DNA of 64,000 bases from Octopus sinensis (GCF_006345805.1 NC_042999.1:109244001-109308000), one strand, 5' to 3'. Positions 37,766 to 51,300 are shown, counted from the first letter of the stretch. The notes: generated by a model not told the origin, from the sequence alone. Numbers and translations: made by a program.

Positions 37766-38880
37766 TAATCAAGCAATACAAGGGAAATTTTTGAAATAGA
37801 TTAAAAGAAATAGGCAGTTTATGAATGGTTCGTTTTTAGCCTTTAGCTCACCCTGATGAAAAGCTAAATAGGGAATTTAGGCTTCTTTCATCTGATGACA
37901 CATTAAAGATGAAAACTGCCATTGTTATATTTAGTCATTAGTATTAAGTATTTAGTGATTTTATGAAAATTCAAGTAAAAGCCTGACTTGTATAACAGCA
38001 GTGGTAAAGTTATGTTAAAATTTTAGAAGTGTCATGTTAAAATCTCAGGTTATTAAAATATAAAATTTGTTACTAGAATACAGGGCAATGACAGAATTTA
38101 TAACACCTGTTATGTTTTGACTGGAATAATGTAGAAAATATGAAATATAATACTGAAAAATTCCAGAACTCAATGTGATTGAAAGTTTTTGAAAGGAATA
38201 TTCTTTAAGTGACATAGAGAAATAAGGAAAATATTTGTTTAAAACAAGAAAAAAATTAAGTGAATATTTAAAGATGAAAATGAGTTGAGCACATACATTA
38301 CTTTAAAATCCATTGTTATATTTTAATTACTTATTTTAATTACTTATAATTAAAATGTTACAGTCTAACAGCATCATTCTGATTTGTGTAGAAATTTTTC
38401 ACTTTTATATAAGAGCGACTTTGCAAAACAAAGTTTAATTTAGTTCCACAAGATTTCAACTGGAAAACAACTTGCTGGAAGGTACTAATGTAAGACGATT
38501 TACTTATGCTGATGTTTTCAATCATTGCATCCAGAATAAAGGGAATCATTAAAAATATTGTTTTGTAATTTAAAATTTAGGCACAATTTTCTATAAAAAT
38601 GTTATTAAATAACATGTCAGCTAAAAGCTAAATGACAAAATTCAATTTACTATATTTATAAGTTTGGTTTTAGTTCTTAGAAATCTTAGCTGTACTTATT
38701 CTCTCTTGAGATATGTTTTAGTTGCTGAAATACATAAAGTGTGTTTAGAATATTTTCAATAAAATGTGTGTTTAATTAATTATTTGTGAAATAAATTGCA
38801 ATTACACTTTGTGCACAAAATATACTTAGAGATGTTTTACAGGAAACAGAGATAATTTAAAGCTTAAGCTTTTTTTAACA

Positions 38881-39798
38881 TCTACTACATATGTGGGAAA
38901 TTCTGTCTAAAGGGTGTGTTTGTGGGGTTGTTAGCTAACTCCTCCTACATTGTTTTATCCATTTTGCTGAAACTTGACACATGAGTAGAACTCATGTCTG
39001 GAAACCTCATGGCATACTCAGATTGTTGAAAAAAATCGATACTAGGGGCCCTTGAAGGGATCTTATATATATCTAATATATTTTATTTTAAAAGCCAAGG
39101 GAAATAACCCATTCGCCTCTGGAAGGGATCCTTATATATAGCCAAGGGAAGTAACCCATTCATTTTCCTAAATTACTTGGTAAAAATGATATTGAGTATG
39201 CTTATTTCTTAGTATTTGAACTGTTAGAGTTATTTTTACACTTTATCCAGTACAACCCTTAAACAAGTAAATAATGTTTTCCTAAACAATAGATCCACTT
39301 ATTTCAGTTAGTGACTTATTCAATTAATATACCAATACTAGCACCCCTGAGGGTAAAGTTCTCTGGGAATGCACGAAAGCCCTTTTCAGAGTTATTTACT
39401 TTGAATTGTTATTATCTCATATCTGATTAGCCTGTTATTACATAACATGCTTCACGATTTTAGTATATGTACCTTATTAGTATTTCTTCCTATGTTCTAT
39501 ATACTCTGGGGACACATTAAAGCTTTTTTGAGGGCTACTTTATTTGAATTCTTACTATTGGGTAACTAATTTCATGTTATTACATAAGTGACTTCACAAT
39601 TTGGGTATTCATAACTTAATGGGGATTCCTAAAAACAAGATCCTGTGTAAGGCAGTTCTGTATTCTCTGTAAATACACAAAAACCTTTTTAAGCACTGCA
39701 TACTTTGCATTGTTGTTATTGGATTAGCAAAACAATTATGAGAATGGAACCAAGAGATAAGCCCCACTTTCCCGGGAATTACCGGGTATGTCAGCTAG
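38881..39798 (+). mobile_element. Non-autonomous Helitron
   Basis: A|TC 5' end, subterminal hairpin CCCGG-gaatta-CCGGG (39771-39786), CTAG|T 3' end, no TSD. Confidence 0.82.
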
Positions 39799-40146
39799 TA
39801 TACAAATATTTCCTATTGCTAGTACAATTTCAGAGATGCCAGTAGAGGAATCAATGCATAAACAAGTGGTTTTAACATGCAACAACCTAAAAAAAAGGAG
39901 TAAATGATTATTTTATGATCTTCATTAGCTGACAGGTGACTTAACTATGCATCTATTGTATCTTACTGCAGAAACAGCTGTAAGCTAATGAAATTCATAA
40001 GATAATTGTTTATTCCCTTGTCATTTCATTTTCTTATATGTTTTTAAGATGGTGCCCCAGCATGGCCACAGTTTAATGACTGAAGCCAGTAAAAGATAAA
40101 AGATATATAATAATAATATTTATATATTTATAATATATTTATATAG

Positions 40147-40558
40147 GCATAGGAGTGGCTGTGTGATTAGTAGCTTGCTTACAATCCACATGATTCCGGG
40201 TTCAGTCCCACAGCGTGGCACCTTGGGCAAGTGTCTTCTACTATAGCCTTGGGCCGACCAAAGCCTTGTGAGTGGATTTGGTAGATGGAAACTGAAGGAA
40301 GCCCGTCGTATATACGTGTATGCATATATATATATGTATGTGTGTGTGTATATGTTTGTGTACCCCCCCCTCCCAATATCGCCTGACAACCAATGCTGGT
40401 GTTTTTATGTCCCTGTAACTTAGTGGTTCAGCAAAAGAGACCAATAGAATAAGTACTAGGCTCACAAAGAATAAGTCCTGGGGTTGATTTGCTCGACTAA
40501 AGGCGGTGCTCCAGCATGGCCACAGTCAAATGACTGAAAAGAGTAAAAGAGTAAAGAG
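40147..40558 (+). mobile_element. SINE family A, full length
   Basis: Same structure. Confidence 0.92.
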
Positions 40559-41640
40559 TATATAGGGGTTCCCCGAAACAATGAATATATTTCAAGAATT
40601 CCCACCAAAGATGAGAAATGCTGTGGTAAATTGTCAAAAGATTTCCTGATACATTTAAAAGCTGGTTTCTAACATTATTCCACTCTGTCATACATCATTC
40701 CTTTGTAACATAGATTCAAACCAGAGGTGTATATTCCAGGTATGCTAGGTGTGTGCTGCACACCCATCAAAAATGGCAAATTACTCATTAATTTAATCAC
40801 AAATCTTAATGGAAAACTTTTGTTATACCCTTACTTGAAATTTGTGGCACTGGATATGGTAGCACATGCAATACAACAACCACCATACACCTCTGATTCA
40901 AACCAATTTAAACATTTCTGCAATATGGCTGAGACAAAGTACCTCAAGGGAGCGTTATGCATACTAAATACACAGTAGAGTTTCACCTGTGTATTTCAGG
41001 GAATCAAATAACTTTTTAGGAATGCTGAAAATCTAAAAGCAACATGTAAAGGAGATAACTCAACCAAGATCAAGAGACCAAAAATGATTGGAAAATATTG
41101 ATAAAGCATACGAGAATGGGTCTTGTCGTTAAAACTAACTGGTGAAAGCTGCAGATATGTTTAAGCATATTCTATTCAGTTAGTATGACTTAGAAGTTAT
41201 TGAAATGTTATCATTTTTCCTCCGTTATTTGAGCCAGAATACTTGAAATACATTAGTTGTGATTAGCAGTATGAACCTTTGATTTATATTTTATATTAAT
41301 TATATATTCTGTTGAACTTATGTCAGCTTAGAAGAAGAATGATGATGATGATGATGATGATATAATTATAAATTAAAGGTCGATGATGATGTTGTTGTTG
41401 ATGATGATGATGATGATTATAAATTATTTTAATTGTTTTTAAATAAAATAATACATGAGAATCTTTCATAATTAATGAACAGCTTGTTGTTACTTCTTGT
41501 ACCACTAATAATACAGATTCTTTGTTAGTATTTTATAACACCTGCATTGTTTACATAAAACAATTTGTTCATTTCTCACACATTATAACATTACTTGAAA
41601 GAAATAGCTTTCTTTCTTTCTTTTTAATTTTTACATGCAG

Positions 41641-41681
41641 AAAATTTTCCTAGGGATGCCTTCTGCATGAAAAATATTCAG
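41641..41681 (+). CDS. Candidate coding exon (E)NFPRDAFCMKNIQ
   Basis: Strong polypyrimidine acceptor ctttctttctttctttttaatttttacatgcag and donor CAG|GTAAAT; the only open frame is phase-compatible with 30040-30115. Confidence 0.42.
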
Positions 41682-41772
41682 GTAAATGCCAGCCAATATA
41701 CTTAATGTAGTGAAACAAAAAGAAGTTCTTTTAAAAATAAAATTCAAATTTACAAACCTGATTTTCATTAAG

Positions 41773-41829
41773 TACAATGATGATTCCAGACATGCTAAGG
41801 TCTTATTGCATCTCCTCAGTGGAAAGTAG
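41773..41829 (+). CDS. Candidate terminal exon YNDDSRHAKVLLHLLSGK*
   Basis: Acceptor ttttcattaag, 91 nt intron, phase 0, AATAAA at 41833-41838. Confidence 0.25.
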   Translation, partial: YNDDSRHAKVLLHLLSGK

Positions 41830-42199
41830 TTTAATAAACATTATTTATCCATTATTCACATAGAGTTCACTCTATTGCAACATTCAAAGCAGGATCCTAG
41901 CATGGTATTATGATTCCAGTTGCAGCTTTCACTGCATAGAATCACAGTTTGTCAGAGGATGCAGGTAAAAAAGATTTACCCTGGAAATTCAGGGCCAAAT
42001 AGTGTGCCTCATGAATCTACTTTATCAGCTGGTGTGTAATCTTGTATCCCTTTTTGTCCAAGTGTGCAACTGATACACCTGCAGACAAAGGATTTGGGGA
42101 TGACCTTCTAAGGTCACTGATATCCAAGTTATAGGGATATAAGTAGAGGTTAGTTTCAACTTAAGTATTGTGGTCTCTTCCTTCCCCATCCACAATCCA

Positions 42200-42800
42200 A
42201 CCAGAAAAAATTTCATGAAATGTAAAAGAACCAATTTACTATTTGCTATGCTGGAAACTCTCCTACACCTCTCAAATACTTGTAGATTCAAGTCCATCCT
42301 GGACTCTAAACATCACCTCACAAATATTACACATTCCACACATCCTGTTCTCCATGAAACAAATTTCTTGCCCCTTTACTATAGCCTGTAACTGATATCC
42401 ATGTAACATCTACTTTCAAATTTTTCTCTAAGTACTAGAGTTTGCATATATGTAGAATCCACTCTCATCTCTACTTATATCTCTCATCCAGATATCTGTA
42501 ACAAAAACTTCCAGTTATTCTGGCTTAAAATCTTCCTTTCTCACATCTCTAAATTCATTTATGCTGCTTTCCAAAGACCTCAAATCTCCATCCATCTTTC
42601 ATCCAAAAGTGAAGGCATCTACCTCACTTCACCCTTCTCTGAAGTCATTGTTCTCCATGACTTTGATATCCACCCACAACTTCTGCTGGCCTCATGGTAC
42701 TGCTGTAACACTAAAGGTGCAGGTGCAGAAACAGAATCTGTCGCTTCTCTCATTTCTCTAGAACAAATAAGAACTTTTTCATTGATTGTTCGTAACTCAC
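42200..42800 (+). pseudogene. APE-type LINE endonuclease remnant
   Basis: GVCIYVES..FQLFWLKI..SKFIYAAF..SPFSEVIVLHDFDIH (GDFN-like)..SLEQI. Confidence 0.65.
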
Positions 42801-43121
42801 ACCAGTGGTGGATCTACAATATTGGGGCTCTAAAGCTTAAAATGTTATGGGGGCTCCCTATACACCCATCAACAGTAGGATAACACCCAACTAGGGTCAA
42901 AGAATTTTCTTGTCCTTGCAAGAACTCCAGCTTTGAGGCCCTGATAGCCCAAATGGTGAAGTGATTCTGTGGAGTCCTTAAATATGAGTCTGACAGTGAG
43001 CACTCTTTCCACCAGAAACAAGGGGTTTCTTTGTCGATGTGGTTGTTCCATTGCAGATCACCACAATTTTCTTTACAGATTTAAGCACTACATTTCAGAT
43101 TGTGATTTTCAAAGTCAATGG

Positions 43122-43960
43122 TCATCATCATCATTTAACGTCTGTTTTCCATGCCAGCATGGGTTGGATGATTTGACCGGGGTCTGGGAAGCAAAGAGGC
43201 TGCACCAGGATCCAGTCTGATCTGGCAGTGTTTCTACAGCTGGATGCCCTTCCTAATGCCAACCACTCTGTGAGTGTAGTGGCTACTTTTTATGTGCCAC
43301 TGGCACAGGGGCCAGAGGAGGCTGGCAACAGCCATGATTGGTTGGTGCTTTTTACGGCCACCGGCACGGAAGCCAGTCAAGGTGACACTGGTATCAGCCA
43401 CGTTCGGATGGTGGTTTTTTATGTGCCACTGGCAAGGGTATCACAACTACAATTTCCATTTGATTTTTATTTTGATGTTGATGTACTTGACCCAGTAGGT
43501 CTTCTCAAGCACAGCAGGTCACCCTACAATCCAAGGTAAGCACAGCAGGCCGTCCTGTTATCCATGAACTCACTTCATTTGTCAGGTCTTTGCAGTCACA
43601 GCATATCTCCAGAGGTCTCGATCTTTCATCATTGTCTCTGTGAGGTCCAACGTTCGAAGGTCATGCTTGACCACCTCGTCCCATGTCTTCCTGGGTCTAC
43701 CTCTACCCCAGATTCCTTCAACTGTTTGGGAGTGGCACTTCTTCACACATCTCTCCTCATCCATCCGTAGTATATGACCATACCAATGTAAATGTCTCTC
43801 CTGCATGCCACATCCGATGCTTTGTATGTCCAACATTTCTCTCAGGGCATTTACACCCTGTTGTGCATGCACACTGACATTACACATCCACCGGATCATG
43901 CTAGCTTCATTTCTTTCGAGCCTACGCCTGTCCTCCACAGTCACAGCCCATTTTATTCCC
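43122..43960 (-). mobile_element. RTE family 2, 5'-truncated copy
   Basis: ORF 43582-43980 ERNEASMIRWMCN..HWYGHILRMDEERCVKKCH..GRGRPRKTWDEVVKHDL; 3' modules and tail. Confidence 0.9.
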
Positions 43961-44477
43961 CTGTTATTGCCAGTAAACAAATATTTTCCACACTATGCCT
44001 TATACTTTTAGAGTTATGGGGGTTTAAAATAAGGGAAGCATTATATACATGCATGATGCAACATTGAACAAAGACATAAACCTTAACAAATACTACAGCT
44101 GATATAATCTAATATTAATCTTATATTTAAGATACATATGAAAATTACAACCTACTTTTTCTTCTATTTTTTTATAGCAATGTATTCCCTTACAGTTTTG
44201 TCATATGAAGCTTCCTTGGAATATCATTTTCTAGAGACAATATGCATAAGGAATTTAAGTACTCTTCAGTCATGCTTTATATGTGTCACAATTTAATTTT
44301 AATACATTACGTATATATATATATGTATGAGCATCCATATATTAATGTGTTTGTGTATGTGTCTATGGATATATCTGCATGAATTTTTATGTCTTTCTTT
44401 CTGTATATCTATTAGCATAAATATATATGCATATAACTATATGTATATACATATTCTCTTTACTCTTTATCTTGTTT

Positions 44478-44661
44478 CAGTCATTTGACTGCGTCCATGC
44501 AGGAGCAGCACCTTTAGTCAAGCAAATCAACCCCAGGACTTATTCTTTGTGAGCCTAGTACTTATTCTATCAGTCTCTTTTGCTGAAGCGCTAAGTTACT
44601 GGGACGTAAACACCAGCATCAGTTGTCAAGCGATGTTGGAGGGACAAACACAGACACACAA

Positions 44662-44716
<55 letters not shown>

Positions 44717-44885
44717 TAAATACGGCAGGCTTCTTTCAGTTTTCGTCTACCAAATCCACTCACAAGGCTTTGGTCGGCCCAAGGCTATAGTAGAAGACAC
44801 TTGCCCAAGGTGCCACGCAGTGGGACTGAGCCCGGAACCATGTGGTTGGTAAGCAAGCTGCTTACCACACAGCCACTCTTGCACC
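44478..44885 (-). mobile_element. SINE family A, full length
   Basis: Reverse complement of the family A structure. Confidence 0.92.
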
Positions 44886-45807
44886 TTGCCTGCTTCATCA
44901 AGTATATTATGTGTGCACTTGTGATAGTTATTGTTTTCAGGGATTGATTATGTAAACGGAAATATACTTTCATGCATTTTATTGAAGTAAAACATGGGTT
45001 TTGATGAGTGTTCTGAGGAATCCAATCAACATTACTTGAACAATTCATCTATTTTCATTAGATATACTTTCAGTTTGTTTGTAGCTTAAACGTTATCAGC
45101 AGGCCAGTTTTCTTTCTTTTTTTTTTTGTCATTATTCAGATAAATGTTGTTAACTTGATAATTAATTGCCAGTTTTTCAGTTTTAATAGAATTCTCTATA
45201 ATCAACTGATTTCTTAGCATATTTATCAGATGATGACTGATTTTTCTTGTGGTAAAAGTCTTGAGGGATTGTAATGCTGAATTAAACTAGCTCCATAGCA
45301 AATTTATTTATATTTTTGGGAAAAATAATTTAGAAAATTACAGTAAATCAAACTTATTTATTTACATTTTTCTGTTCTAAAGAACAATGGATAAGTTACT
45401 GCAATTTTGTTTATAACACAAAGCATTTGAATAGTGAAAAAAAAATAGTATACAAGTGTGTGACTTTATTTTATTACATGTGTCATCAGATACATCTGTA
45501 TGTAACATGATGTGTTTTACATTATGATATTAGGCAAATCTTCTTAAAGGAAGATATTTGTTATCAGTATTTCATTCATTTGTTTTTAAGCTAATATAGG
45601 TTTGATGAATATATTGTTGGGGCATCATCTTACAACCAGGTACTTTTTGAGTTATTAAGATAGCTTATTTTTTTAGTTAGAAATCTCTTATCCTACATGT
45701 TTTCAAAGGCACAAAACCAGGGGTTAATTTTGTTGATAGGAAATGACAATAATTTTACAACTTGTATCTCAATGATTTTCAGAGAAGTGCACACACACAC
45801 ACATACA

Positions 45808-45856
<49 letters not shown>

Positions 45857-45887
45857 ACACACACACATGAAGGCTTCTGTCAGTTTC

Positions 45888-46122
45888 TTATTTCTTTATT
45901 GCCCACAAGGGGCTAAACATAGAGGGGACAAACAAGGACAGACAAAGGGATTAAATCGATTACATCGACCCCAGTACATAACTCGTACTTAATTTATCGA
46001 CCCCGATAGGATGAAAGGCAAAGTTGACCTCAGCAGAATTTGAACTCAGAATGTAACGGCAGACGAAATACTGCTAAGCGTTTCACCCAGAGTGCTAACG
46101 AGTCTGCCAGCTCGCCGCCTTA
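45888..46122 (-). mobile_element. SINE family B nested in a family A head, 11 bp TSD
   Basis: TSD ctgtcagtttc at 45877-45887 and 46123-46133. Confidence 0.92.
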
Positions 46123-47974
46123 CTGTCAGTTTCCGTTTACCAAATTTACTCATAAAACATTGTCAGCCCAGAGTTTTAATAGATGATACTTGCTCAAGGT
46201 GTCATGCAGTGGGATTGAACCTAAAACCATGTGGTTGGGAAGTAAACATTTTAATCACGTAACCATGACTTTTCAAGTAGTTTTATTTAATTAAACACAT
46301 CCTCATATATTTCCATACATGATGTATTTGCATAATAACAGTTGATAAATCTTCTTAAAGGAGGATATTTTTGTAAGTATTTCATATAAATTAATTTGTA
46401 GTGACACTTTAGGCTGTGTTCTTAAATTTGCACAACAGTTTGATCCTCAAAAACTAGCTATTTGTTTCAATTTTCTTAATTTCAAGTTATTTCTGAGAAC
46501 TCTGATGGACAGTCAGGATAGCAATTTTCTTCTTTTTCTAAGACTAAAAACATAACAACCAAGAAGGCAGCCTCTACATAGTCACTTGCCCTGCTAGAAA
46601 TAGCAATCAAATCTGAAATTGAATTCTGTTATCTTAAACCTGGAATGACATATTGAATAATTGAACCCTGATAAATAAGGTCTAGATAAAAATTGCTGGG
46701 ATGTTTATAGCTGGAACACTTTTTATAGTATAGCTGTTCTATTGTAGCTGGCCTGGAGCTTCAACAGCATCAGCTACAATGTAGTTTGTACAATAGTTAC
46801 TCTTATACTGTTCTTTGAAATATTCATCAAACCATTTTATTTACTTTAAAAATTACTTTATGTTTCTTGGCATAGAATACTGTAAGTTTGCCCAGATTTA
46901 CATGTTTGATAAATATATCTGCGTTGATACAATGTTGTAATATTAGATGGTCATAAATGGTTTTGGTTAATTTTCATTCATTGTTTACAATTTGTTTCGC
47001 CCATTGCTGACAGTTGTATTTTATAGAAACATTCCTGGCTATGAAGCATCAGATCTTTCAATCTTTTTTTTATCTATCTCATCTGAGTTTATATGTACAC
47101 AGGCACACACACATACACACACATGTGCGCGTGCACACACACACACATACACACACACGCGGAGGCATATGTACATACGCACACACTGTTTTGATTTGAT
47201 TAACCAATGACTCACTCTTGTATAAATATGACAGTATAAGCTATTGTTTTCTTGCTGAAGGATACGAGACTGTATATGAACAAAAAAATATATCATTATT
47301 ATGAATCCTCTAAGAGCAGTGGGGAAGCAAGTCTGAACTTATTGCTCTTTGATTTAAAATGTTGTTAATCAAAGGTGAATGCACATCTACTACGTATGCT
47401 TGCACATATGCACACACACATGCACATACACTCACACATTTACACATACATTCATTTACTGACAAACACATGCACACATGCACACAAACACACATACAAT
47501 TCATTGCAAGGCATAACCATATAATTACATATTTCATTTAAAAAAAAGCCAAAAGACGTCGCTAACTAGAGCTCTACTCTATACCTCGATGCATTTCCTG
47601 TTACTGTTTTAGAAAAGAAAAAAAGATCGAGTATACATTCTTTGTAGGACAAAGGGGTTTGTGAACAAAATTATAAAATTTTCTTTGTATATTATTTTAT
47701 GTAAAGATTTTGGTATTGAATTTTTCTTTATGTTAGGAGAGAGAGACAAGAGATAAAAATGCTTGAGAGATCAATACACACACATACACATACACACATG
47801 CATGCACACATACACACACATGCACATATGCACATACACATGTATGCACATATGCATACACACACATGTGCATGTGTCTATTCTCTAGTTTATTTCTTTG
47901 TACCAGTAAAAATGCAGAAGCATTATTCACATAAACTCCACTGAATGTAACTTTGAACATGGCAAAGATGTTAT

Positions 47975-48736
47975 TCCTTTTTACTGGTTTCAGTCAATGG
48001 GCTGTGGCCATGCTGGGGTACCACCTGGAAGGGTCTAGTCTAATGGTTCTCAACCATTTTTCCTCTATGGACCTCTTTAATTATTATTTTATTCTGGTGG
48101 ATCCCTATGGCCATTTGATGTTTAAAAACTAGTTTAATAGCTATTTTTTTTCAAAATTCTTATTCTGTTTTTCACACATTAACTTGTATAGGTTGAACCA
48201 TATAAAATGTTAGAGAAAGAAACCAAGCAGGTTCCTGCAATACATACCAACACATATCTAATGCAAATTTTTTAGAGGGGCCCTTAAAATACTCGTGAAT
48301 CCCCAATTTACTATTTTATTGCATGGACCCCCAGAAATCTTATATGGACTCTCAGGGGCTATATGAACCATGGTTGGTGTAGTCAATTAAATAGACCTAA
48401 GTACTTATTATCTCTAAAGTCTGGTACTTATTCTATCAGTTTCTTTTACCAAACCACTAACTTAAGGGAACACATGTTGTCAAGCAGTGAAAAACATGCA
48501 AAGAAACATGCTCAAAGTTTTTGCCAGCCCCACTCCCATGCAATTTTATTGACTAAATTTACTCTTTAGTATTTCAAGATATTTTAATGTAATTTTAGTA
48601 AATGTATCTATTAAAATGAGATGTCGGTGTTATCTTCATTTTTGCCTAACTTAGACAACAGTTTATTCACCACATCCTGTATGAGTAAATATATATATAT
48701 GCATACATACATACATACATATATGTATATATGTAC

Positions 48737-48768
<32 letters not shown>

Positions 48769-48780
48769 ACATATATACAC

Positions 48781-48822
<42 letters not shown>

Positions 48823-48965
48823 GGCTTGTTCCAGTTTCTATTTACCATATCCACTCACAAGGCTTTGGTCAGCCTGAAGGTATAGACACTTCCTCAATGT
48901 GTTACACAGTGGGACTGAACCTGAAATCATGTGGTTGGGAAGCAAACTTCTTACCACACAGCCAC
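47975..48965 (-). mobile_element. SINE family A (decayed) hosting a hAT MITE
   Basis: Tail at 47975-48040, body and head at 48385-48965. Confidence 0.75.
48041..48376 (+). mobile_element. hAT (Charlie-like) MITE, copy 2
   Basis: Homologous to 17856-18204; flanks gtctagtc / gtgtagtc (8 bp TSD, 7/8 match); right TIR eroded. Confidence 0.78.
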
Positions 48966-49624
48966 AGAAAATTTTAAAGAATATTTCACTTCATAGATTG
49001 ATATCTATTCTATAAAATCTAAATGACAGTCTATTGGTTTTCATTACAGACCTATAGAAAGAAATATTTCAGTTGAATCACTCTTTAAGTTGCTGGACAC
49101 AGTTAATTAATATCTTTTTTGCTTTCAACATCTAATATTAAGGTGAAGAAAATGCCTTTGTGTTGTACATATAAATTTTATGTTGATGGAGTATATAAAT
49201 TTGCCTTCTGATTTTAACTAACAAGAATATTCCTATTTAGTTGCTTAATTTACTAGGAATAGCAACCAAATCTCAGCTTAGGATCATTTAAAAAAAGGAT
49301 GAATACAATGAATAATGTAGTAATATACATAACATGTTAGAAAAAGATATGCAGTTATCTCAGGAATACTTTCAGTCATATGACAGTTTGAATAGAGAGG
49401 ACTTGGAGTGAACAGCTACAACTAGCATAAACATTTTTAAAAAGCAAATATTCATTTATGTTTTATAAAATTTATTTCAGTTTTCAGATTTTAATTTATA
49501 TTTATGCTGGCTTTCGTTCAACAGTAAAAACAGAACCATGCAAGACATTGAGCATTAATCAAAGGCACAAAAGAATACCAGTTCCCTTTCTGCAAACACA
49601 TTAATTTCATTTTATATTTTACAT

Positions 49625-49790
49625 GAGGCTAAGATGCATGCATGGGCATGTGGTTAAAGAAGCTTGCTTCTTAACCATGTGGTATTGAGGTCAGTCTCAC
49701 TGTGCAGTGCCTTGAGCAAATGTTGTCTAGTGTAGTTTTGGGGTATAAGTGGATTTGGTAGATGGAAAGTGAAAGATACTTGTTTTATAT
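49625..49790 (+). mobile_element. SINE family A head (decayed)
   Basis: gaagcttgcttcttaaccatgtgg..ccttgagcaaatgttgtc..ggatttggtagatggaaag. Confidence 0.7.
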
Positions 49791-50197
49791 GTATGTATGT
49801 ATGTAGTATGTATGTATGTATGTGTGTATGTGTGTATGTATGTATGTATGTGTATACATATATACACACACACACACACTCACATGTGCACACACACACA
49901 CACACACACACATGCACACACATGTTGTGTGGCTCTAATCTTCCATGGAAACATGTCTGGTCATGGAAAATATTGCTTGGAAACAGGTGATAGCTGGCAA
50001 CTGGAAGAGCATCTGGTCATATAAAATCTATCTGAACAAACTCCATTTGTCCTGTAAAAGTATAAAAAATTAGTCAATAAATGATAATGCTAAGTTATTT
50101 AATACACTTATTTTGTAAAATAGTTTTGTGGAAAATTTTTGAGAAACTGATATTTATTTGTAAATCTAAATACATAGATAAAAAAAAATCATATATA

Positions 50198-50412
50198 GGC
50201 ACAGGCGTGGCTGCATGGATAGGCATGGATGTGGCTGTGTGGATTGGCGCAGGTGTGGCTGTGTGGTAAGAAGCTTGCTTCCCAACCACATGGTTCCGGG
50301 TTTTGTCCCACTACATGGTACCTTGGGTAAGGGTCTTCTACTGTAGCTTCGGGTCAACCAAGGCCTTGTGAGTGGATTTGGTAGACAGAAGCTGAAAGAA
50401 ACCCATCGTGTG

Positions 50413-50445
<33 letters not shown>

Positions 50446-50640
50446 CTGTGTTTGTTCCTCCACCATCGCTTGACAACCAATGTTGGTGTGTTTATCTCCC
50501 TGTAACTTAGTGGTTCGCCAAAAGACCACTAGAATAAGTATTAGGCTTACAAAGAATAAGTCCCGTGGTTGATTTGTTTGACTAAAGGCAGTACTCCAGC
50601 ATGGCCACAGTCAAATGATTGAAACAAGCAAAAGAAAAAA
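50198..50640 (+). mobile_element. SINE family A with triplicated 5' head
   Basis: Three ~24 bp ggc.cagg.gtggctg.gtgg units precede the body. Confidence 0.9.
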
Positions 50641-50699
50641 AGAAAATATATTTTGTTCCATATTGATCACTCCAAGCAATCTTCATACATATTTTGTGT

Positions 50700-51300
50700 A
50701 GTTAAGAACATAACCAAAAATATTAACCTGGGCACAATGAAAGCAGACGAAGTAATATTTCAAAAGAAACTGTTGGTTCAAACTTGCTACATGGGAAGCA
50801 TCCTGTTGTACAATGCCCAAATGTATGAAGAGATCACCCAATGATTGTCTACGGCAAGCTCAGCTTTGAGAGACTCCAACACAGAGTATGGAAAGATCAT
50901 GGCATCTGACAACGAAGATTAAAATGTACCCAGTAGTAGTGCATATACCCCTCTCCTATACAGCTGTGAAATGTGGACATTCTACAAATGTCATTGTAAA
51001 TAGGTAGACTTATTCCATGCAGTTGAGTTCTACAAAGGTTTAGTGGTGAGAAAAATTGACAACGTTCTTAAAAAGACTCTGGGCATCAACTAGAATCAAC
51101 CAACTAGTCTGTCCTGAAGGACTTTCATGCTGGATCCCATGGATAATTACCAGAAATCTTTAGCATGGCAGTGCTATCAAGTGACATAACTGGTTTATGG
51201 CAAACTCTACAAGCATGGAAGTACTGTTAGTTAGCCCAACATGAAATGCATGCTGAGAAATGAAACTGTTCTTCATGCATCCATCCAGTGTCCAAGCATT
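50700..51300 (+). pseudogene. Decayed RTE (family 1-related) 3' ORF remnant
   Basis: CYMGSIL..ASSA..RLQHRVWKDHGI..TKIKMY..LLYSCEMWT. Confidence 0.7.

Noticed and set aside
42805-42990. ccagtggtggatctac resembling a DNA-transposon terminus
   Set aside because: No convincing partner TIR or TSD
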